The notes beneath the pieces were generated by a model that searched no databases, was not told the DNA's origin, and worked only from the letters and a program-made list of their open reading frames with translations. The position numbers and the translations under genes are program-made. DNA of 64,000 nucleotides from positions 92,743 through 156,742 of the forward strand of contig JACKAF010000001.1 in the NCBI GenBank assembly GCA_020635235.1, given 5' to 3'. Shown here piece after piece: positions 57,763 through 64,000 of this stretch (position 1 is the stretch's first letter; each line of letters begins with the position of its first letter). The stretch comes from Pseudobdellovibrionaceae bacterium. GTDB taxonomy: Bacteria > Bdellovibrionota > FAC87 > UBA2466 > JACKAF01.

Positions 57763-59013
57763 CTAGGTACTATCGGGCTTTGCGTCGGAAATCACGCGAC
57801 GTCCCCGATGAAAGGTCAGGTAGTACCAAATCCATTGAGTCATCACCAGGATCCGGTTCTTGAAATCGATTAGGTAGAAGATATGTACGACTACCCAAAT
57901 CCACCAGGCCAGCAAACCGGCTAGGCGAAGTCCTAAGACGTCAGCAACGGCAAAGCGCCTACCGACAGTCGCAAGATTTCCTTTATCAACATACTTAAAC
58001 GCGGGGGAATTCTTTCCCTCCAGTCGGGACTTGATCACACGCGCCACGTGCTGCCCTTGTTGTTTCGCGACGGGTGCCACGGCAGGCAGTGCCCGCCCGC
58101 CTGCATCCAAAAAACAGGCCGCGTCTCCGACCACGAAAACACTCGAATCCTCTGGCAGGCTCAGATCTGGGCCCACTTTCACTCTTCCAGAGCGATCGGT
58201 TTCCACGCCGAGTTTCGAAGCAACGGAGGTCGCCCGTACGCCCGCAGCCCAAAAGATCGAGCCCGCTTCAATACGTCGGCCCTTAAGCGTAACCCCTGAA
58301 TCGTCCAGCGCCTCTACGGCAGAGCCGGTAATTACCTTCACGCCCAGCTGATGGAGCGCCTTCTGTGCTTTTTCGGAAAGCTTTTCTGAGAACACCCCCA
58401 AAATCCGAGGGCCCGCCTCCACCAAAATAATTTCCGCCGAAGCGGGGTCAAAGTTGCGAAACTCCCCCCGAATCGCTTTGTGGGACAGTTCCGCCAACGC
58501 CCCGGCGAGTTCAACGCCGGTGGGGCCCGCACCTACTATCACAAAAGTTAAAAGACGCTTGCGGCGTGAACTATCTGTCTCAAACTCGGCAGCTTCAAAC
58601 GCACGCAGTACCTGATCTCGCATTCGGGTTGCATCGTCGATGGCCTTCAAAGAAGGCGCATTCTTCTTCCAGACATCATTACCAAAGTAATTGTATTCCG
58701 ACCCGGTCGCGACAACGAGCACATCGTAAGGGACTTGTCCCACACTGGTTTGGACGAGCTTCGCCTCGCGATCCACCCCTTTAATTTCGGCTTGCAGCAC
58801 TTTGACGTTTTTTTGCCTTCGGAACACGTGACGAATGGGGACAGCAATGTCTTCCGGTGAAAGCCCACCGGTCGCAACTTGATAGAGCAAGGGTTGAAAG
58901 AGGTGGTGGTTCTGCCGATCGATAATCAGGATCTCTACTGCGGCGTGCTTCAACCCGCCAGCAACGGCGAGACCCGCGAAGCCTCCCCCTAGAATCACTA
59001 CTCGATCGGCCAT
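57763..59013 (-). CDS. ndh: Type II NADH dehydrogenase
   Basis: GGGFAG, HLFQPLLYQVATG, GAGPTGVELAG, FVVGD, A.VAKQQG; ATG 59013 with GAGGAG RBS. Confidence 0.92.
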   Translation of the reverse strand: MADRVVILGGGFAGLAVAGGLKHAAVEILIIDRQNHHLFQPLLYQVATGGLSPEDIAVPIRHVFRRQKNVKVLQAEIKGVDREAKLVQTSVGQVPYDVLVVATGSEYNYFGNDVWKKNAPSLKAIDDATRMRDQVLRAFEAAEFETDSSRRKRLLTFVIVGAGPTGVELAGALAELSHKAIRGEFRNFDPASAEIILVEAGPRILGVFSEKLSEKAQKALHQLGVKVITGSAVEALDDSGVTLKGRRIEAGSIFWAAGVRATSVASKLGVETDRSGRVKVGPDLSLPEDSSVFVVGDAACFLDAGGRALPAVAPVAKQQGQHVARVIKSRLEGKNSPAFKYVDKGNLATVGRRFAVADVLGLRLAGLLAWWIWVVVHIFYLIDFKNRILVMTQWIWYYLTFHRGRRVISDAKPDST

Positions 59014-59187
59014 TGGCTCCTCTTGTTCCTGATTAGTATCGCACAATCGCCGGTTTCCTTCATCTTGAACCCGGGTGAACTCTCTGCCACAAACCCGACG
59101 AATGCCCCTACATGTCTCAAGAGGCACGTCCATCGAGGCTTGTCAGAGATCGGTAGCTCAACTACTATCCTCACAAGGTGAGAGAGG

Positions 59188-61563
<2,376 letters not shown>

Positions 61564-61767
61564 TTTATCCCTCCCCCAAAAATTCGGGCTCTTGTTCAGA
61601 CTAAATCTGAATAAGACTGTATCCGAGCCTTCCCGGCTTGCCAACACAAATGTATGGCAAAAAGCGCGGAAATTATTGACCCCTGATCCTACATGTATGG
61701 CCATCCGAATTCTTTTTTGGCTGGCCTAGTCCTCGTTGCGTGCTTAGGATGATCCGAACGAGGAAGC

Positions 61768-62142
61768 ATGCGGATTACCTTAATTATTCTTATGTCGGGT
61801 CTCTTGCTAGGCGGCTGCGCTACCAGTCCCCGTAGCAACGAAAAGCAAATCACACTTGGTAATTTCAAAACGAAGATCTTGCGAGGCCAAACAAACCAGA
61901 AAGAAGTGATGCGCTTACTGGGCTCTCCGAGCATCACCACCTCGAACGCACAGGGGAACCCCGTCTGGACCTACACGCGCCAGGCCTTTGACCAGAAAAA
62001 CCAGCGCTTTGCCGGCGGCATTACCCTCTATGGGGGGGACGATTCCTTCACCTCCTCGTCCAGCTCCAGTTACGACATCATCCTTACCTTCGACGCCGAG
62101 AAACGCGTGGAAGACTACTCTGTCATCGCCTCCGAGTTCTAG
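61768..62142 (+). CDS. BamE/SmpA-like outer-membrane lipoprotein
   Basis: Lipobox LGGC, G.T..KEV..LLG.P.......WTY pattern. Confidence 0.7.
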   Translation: MRITLIILMSGLLLGGCATSPRSNEKQITLGNFKTKILRGQTNQKEVMRLLGSPSITTSNAQGNPVWTYTRQAFDQKNQRFAGGITLYGGDDSFTSSSSSSYDIILTFDAEKRVEDYSVIASEF

Positions 62143-62178
62143 GCTGGATTCGGGCGTCAGGACGTGCTATCGGGAGGC

Positions 62179-62679
62179 ATGTCACTTGAGAATCCCGAAC
62201 TCTGGATGAAACAGGCCTACGCACTGGCAGAAGAGGCAGCCTCCCTTTACGGTGAGGTTCCTGTCGCGGCCTTGCTCGTGCGCGGCGACCAGATTGTCGG
62301 ACGCGGCACGAACGAGCGCCTCCGGAGCGAGCGGACCGCGTCGCATGCGGAAATCGTCGCGCTTGAAGATTACAACCTGCGATTCGGCCGGTGGCGATGC
62401 GAACCCGGGACCTCTTTGGTAGTCACGACGGAACCGTGCCTCATGTGTACCGGAGCTTTGCTCTGGGCGCGTGTCGATCACCTATATTTTGGCTGCGAGG
62501 ATCCCCGAGGCGCGGGGCTTCTCCGCATACAGCCACTTATCAGCGAAGGCGTCTACGATCACCGCTTTTGCAGTATCCACGGTGGAGTACTCGGCGAAGA
62601 ATGTTCGGCAATGATGAGTAGCTTTTTCTCACGCATGCGGGCACGCAAAGAGTACGAATCGGATATTCATTTTTTCTAA
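62179..62679 (+). CDS. tadA: tRNA adenosine(34) deaminase
   Basis: GEVPVAA, HAE, EPCLMC, GVLGEECS..MSSFF; GGGAGG RBS before ATG 62179. Confidence 0.8.
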   Translation: MSLENPELWMKQAYALAEEAASLYGEVPVAALLVRGDQIVGRGTNERLRSERTASHAEIVALEDYNLRFGRWRCEPGTSLVVTTEPCLMCTGALLWARVDHLYFGCEDPRGAGLLRIQPLISEGVYDHRFCSIHGGVLGEECSAMMSSFFSRMRARKEYESDIHFF

Positions 62680-62782
62680 TGCCACATTAATATTTATTAA
62701 TTTTTCTAAACTAAAATAAAGACGTATGCCTTAAAGCATCCCTTCCGTCGCCACAACGGCCGGAAGGAGCTGGAGGGACGAT

Positions 62783-63898
62783 ATGAAAACGTTAAAATTT
62801 TTTGGTTTAGTACTGCTAGCAATCGGTTCGAGCGATTTTGCAAACGCGGGAACCGTTTACTCGAAAGATCTGAAGCTGGATTGCCACGGGGAATATAAGG
62901 TTCTAAAGGCCGAGCCATACTACAAACCGCCCATGGGGCGGGCCCCCGGAAGATCCGGAACGCACGAAACTGTTGAGGTACTCTCACTGGATGGGCCAGG
63001 TTGTGAGTTGCTGGAACCCAACTACAAGATCGAAATTCAGATCGGCGATGAACTTCCGTATGGCCAATCCATTTATGAAGGGAGTTTTTTGGAAGCTAAG
63101 GCACTCGCGTCGCAACGGCTGGGTAATACCTACCCGTTCTCAGCGGAGCAGCACTTCGGTTACCAGACAAAGTATGGAACGCTCCCCTTTTTCCCAACTC
63201 TGCACCAAGAGAGCCTTTCCATCCTCGGAAAAACAAGAACCCTTGACGCGCAAAAAACCTACGGGAGTTTAACTGTCTCGGAACTTGCGGACTCAGATAA
63301 AACCAAACTCCTCAAAGAGGCCTACTCGGCAATTGAATACGGGAAAAAATACCAGAGTATTAGTGCCGACAGCGATGACTTTCTCGGATTCATTTTGGCC
63401 GTGAGCTTTGAAAAAGAGGATCTGGTGCTTCAATACATCGAGGATCTAATCCTTCTGTTTGAAAACACAACCAGGTACACCAGCTCTTTCGTCAGTCTAC
63501 ATCCGGGCACCCAAATCGGCGCCAAACTGAATGAGTTGCTGAATACCTACGGGAAAAGCAAGTTTTCATCCAAGATAGAGGTGTTAAAAAGAAATCCTCT
63601 CCTTTTCGAAGACCAGATCGTTGGTTGGGCCTTCCTAAAGAACGGTATTTCGGTGCCAAAACTAACCGAATCAGAAACCGTGGATTTCCTGGTAACCGCC
63701 CTGGAAGAAGCTGAAAATCTCGCCAAGGTGCCTCAAGTACTCGAGGCCCGGTATCTGCTCCAACAATACAAGGAGGCAGGTAAAACGATCCTGGCTTACA
63801 GCAACAAGCAGCCACCTGCGATGTACAAGAAGCACGAGTATTTCGTCGTCAACGCGGAAGCGGAGTCCTTAATCCATTCGCTGCTCGCGGTAAAATAG
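62783..63898 (+). CDS. Hypothetical secreted protein
   Basis: GGAGGG RBS, signal peptide ...FANA, no family recognised. Confidence 0.7.
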   Translation: MKTLKFFGLVLLAIGSSDFANAGTVYSKDLKLDCHGEYKVLKAEPYYKPPMGRAPGRSGTHETVEVLSLDGPGCELLEPNYKIEIQIGDELPYGQSIYEGSFLEAKALASQRLGNTYPFSAEQHFGYQTKYGTLPFFPTLHQESLSILGKTRTLDAQKTYGSLTVSELADSDKTKLLKEAYSAIEYGKKYQSISADSDDFLGFILAVSFEKEDLVLQYIEDLILLFENTTRYTSSFVSLHPGTQIGAKLNELLNTYGKSKFSSKIEVLKRNPLLFEDQIVGWAFLKNGISVPKLTESETVDFLVTALEEAENLAKVPQVLEARYLLQQYKEAGKTILAYSNKQPPAMYKKHEYFVVNAEAESLIHSLLAVK

Positions 63899-63908
63899 TC
63901 CGTCACCT

Positions 63909-64000
63909 CTAGGGGGAGGGTGCGCTGGCGCCCTCCCTCAAAGGGATCAACTTCGACATATAATACTCATCGACAAATTCTTCCCCAACTCGAAGAGAGT
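63909..64000 (-). CDS. Partial CDS (C-terminus only), probable GNAT acetyltransferase
   Basis: Minus-frame ...SLRVGEEFVDEYYMSKLIPLREGASAPSP*, resembling the DEYYM C-terminus of RimL/YuaI-like GNATs. Confidence 0.5.
   Translation of the reverse strand, partial: SLRVGEEFVDEYYMSKLIPLREGASAPSP

Overview
Gene-dense, mostly core chromosomal segment (about 50% GC by eye) of a bacterium that looks like Bdellovibrionota/Myxococcota. That placement is an inference from the TIGR04552-like, MXAN_2562-like, DUF1844, GYF_2 and PEGA Ser/Thr kinase genes. Recognisable blocks: kdd + Leu/Val dehydrogenase, dNK, nagZ, nrnA, HtrA, plsB, orphan cpaF, trmFO, tolQRAB, mreB, rocD, a lipoprotein-dapF-dapA-dapB-dapL operon, acs, ldhA, LOG, hpf, ndh, add and tadA. 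There are three tRNAs (Ser-TGA, Ser-GCT, Arg-ACG) and many orphan secreted or envelope proteins. I saw no integrase, transposase or CRISPR array. Strongest unexplained signals: (1) six well-placed sigma54 (-24/-12) promoters, five in front of orphan small/secreted genes (one an unannotated 29-aa membrane peptide) and one in front of hpf; (2) a 62-bp tandem array rebuilt from the tRNA-Ser(GCT) 3' end, whose spacer shares a 12-mer that also sits 8 nt after the other tRNA-Ser; (3) a promoter- and terminator-bounded ~165-nt sRNA/His-rich leader-peptide candidate before plsB; (4) a RelA/SpoT-like nucleotidyltransferase; (5) a secreted caspase-like protease; (6) a KdoO-like dioxygenase + FkbM methyltransferase pair; (7) a hybrid kinase with a degenerate ATP-binding domain; (8) all 17 convergent gene junctions overlap or have gaps of 12 nt or less. 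All family calls come from motif recognition by eye; no database search was run. Several starts were moved from the ORF track using RBS and overlap evidence.
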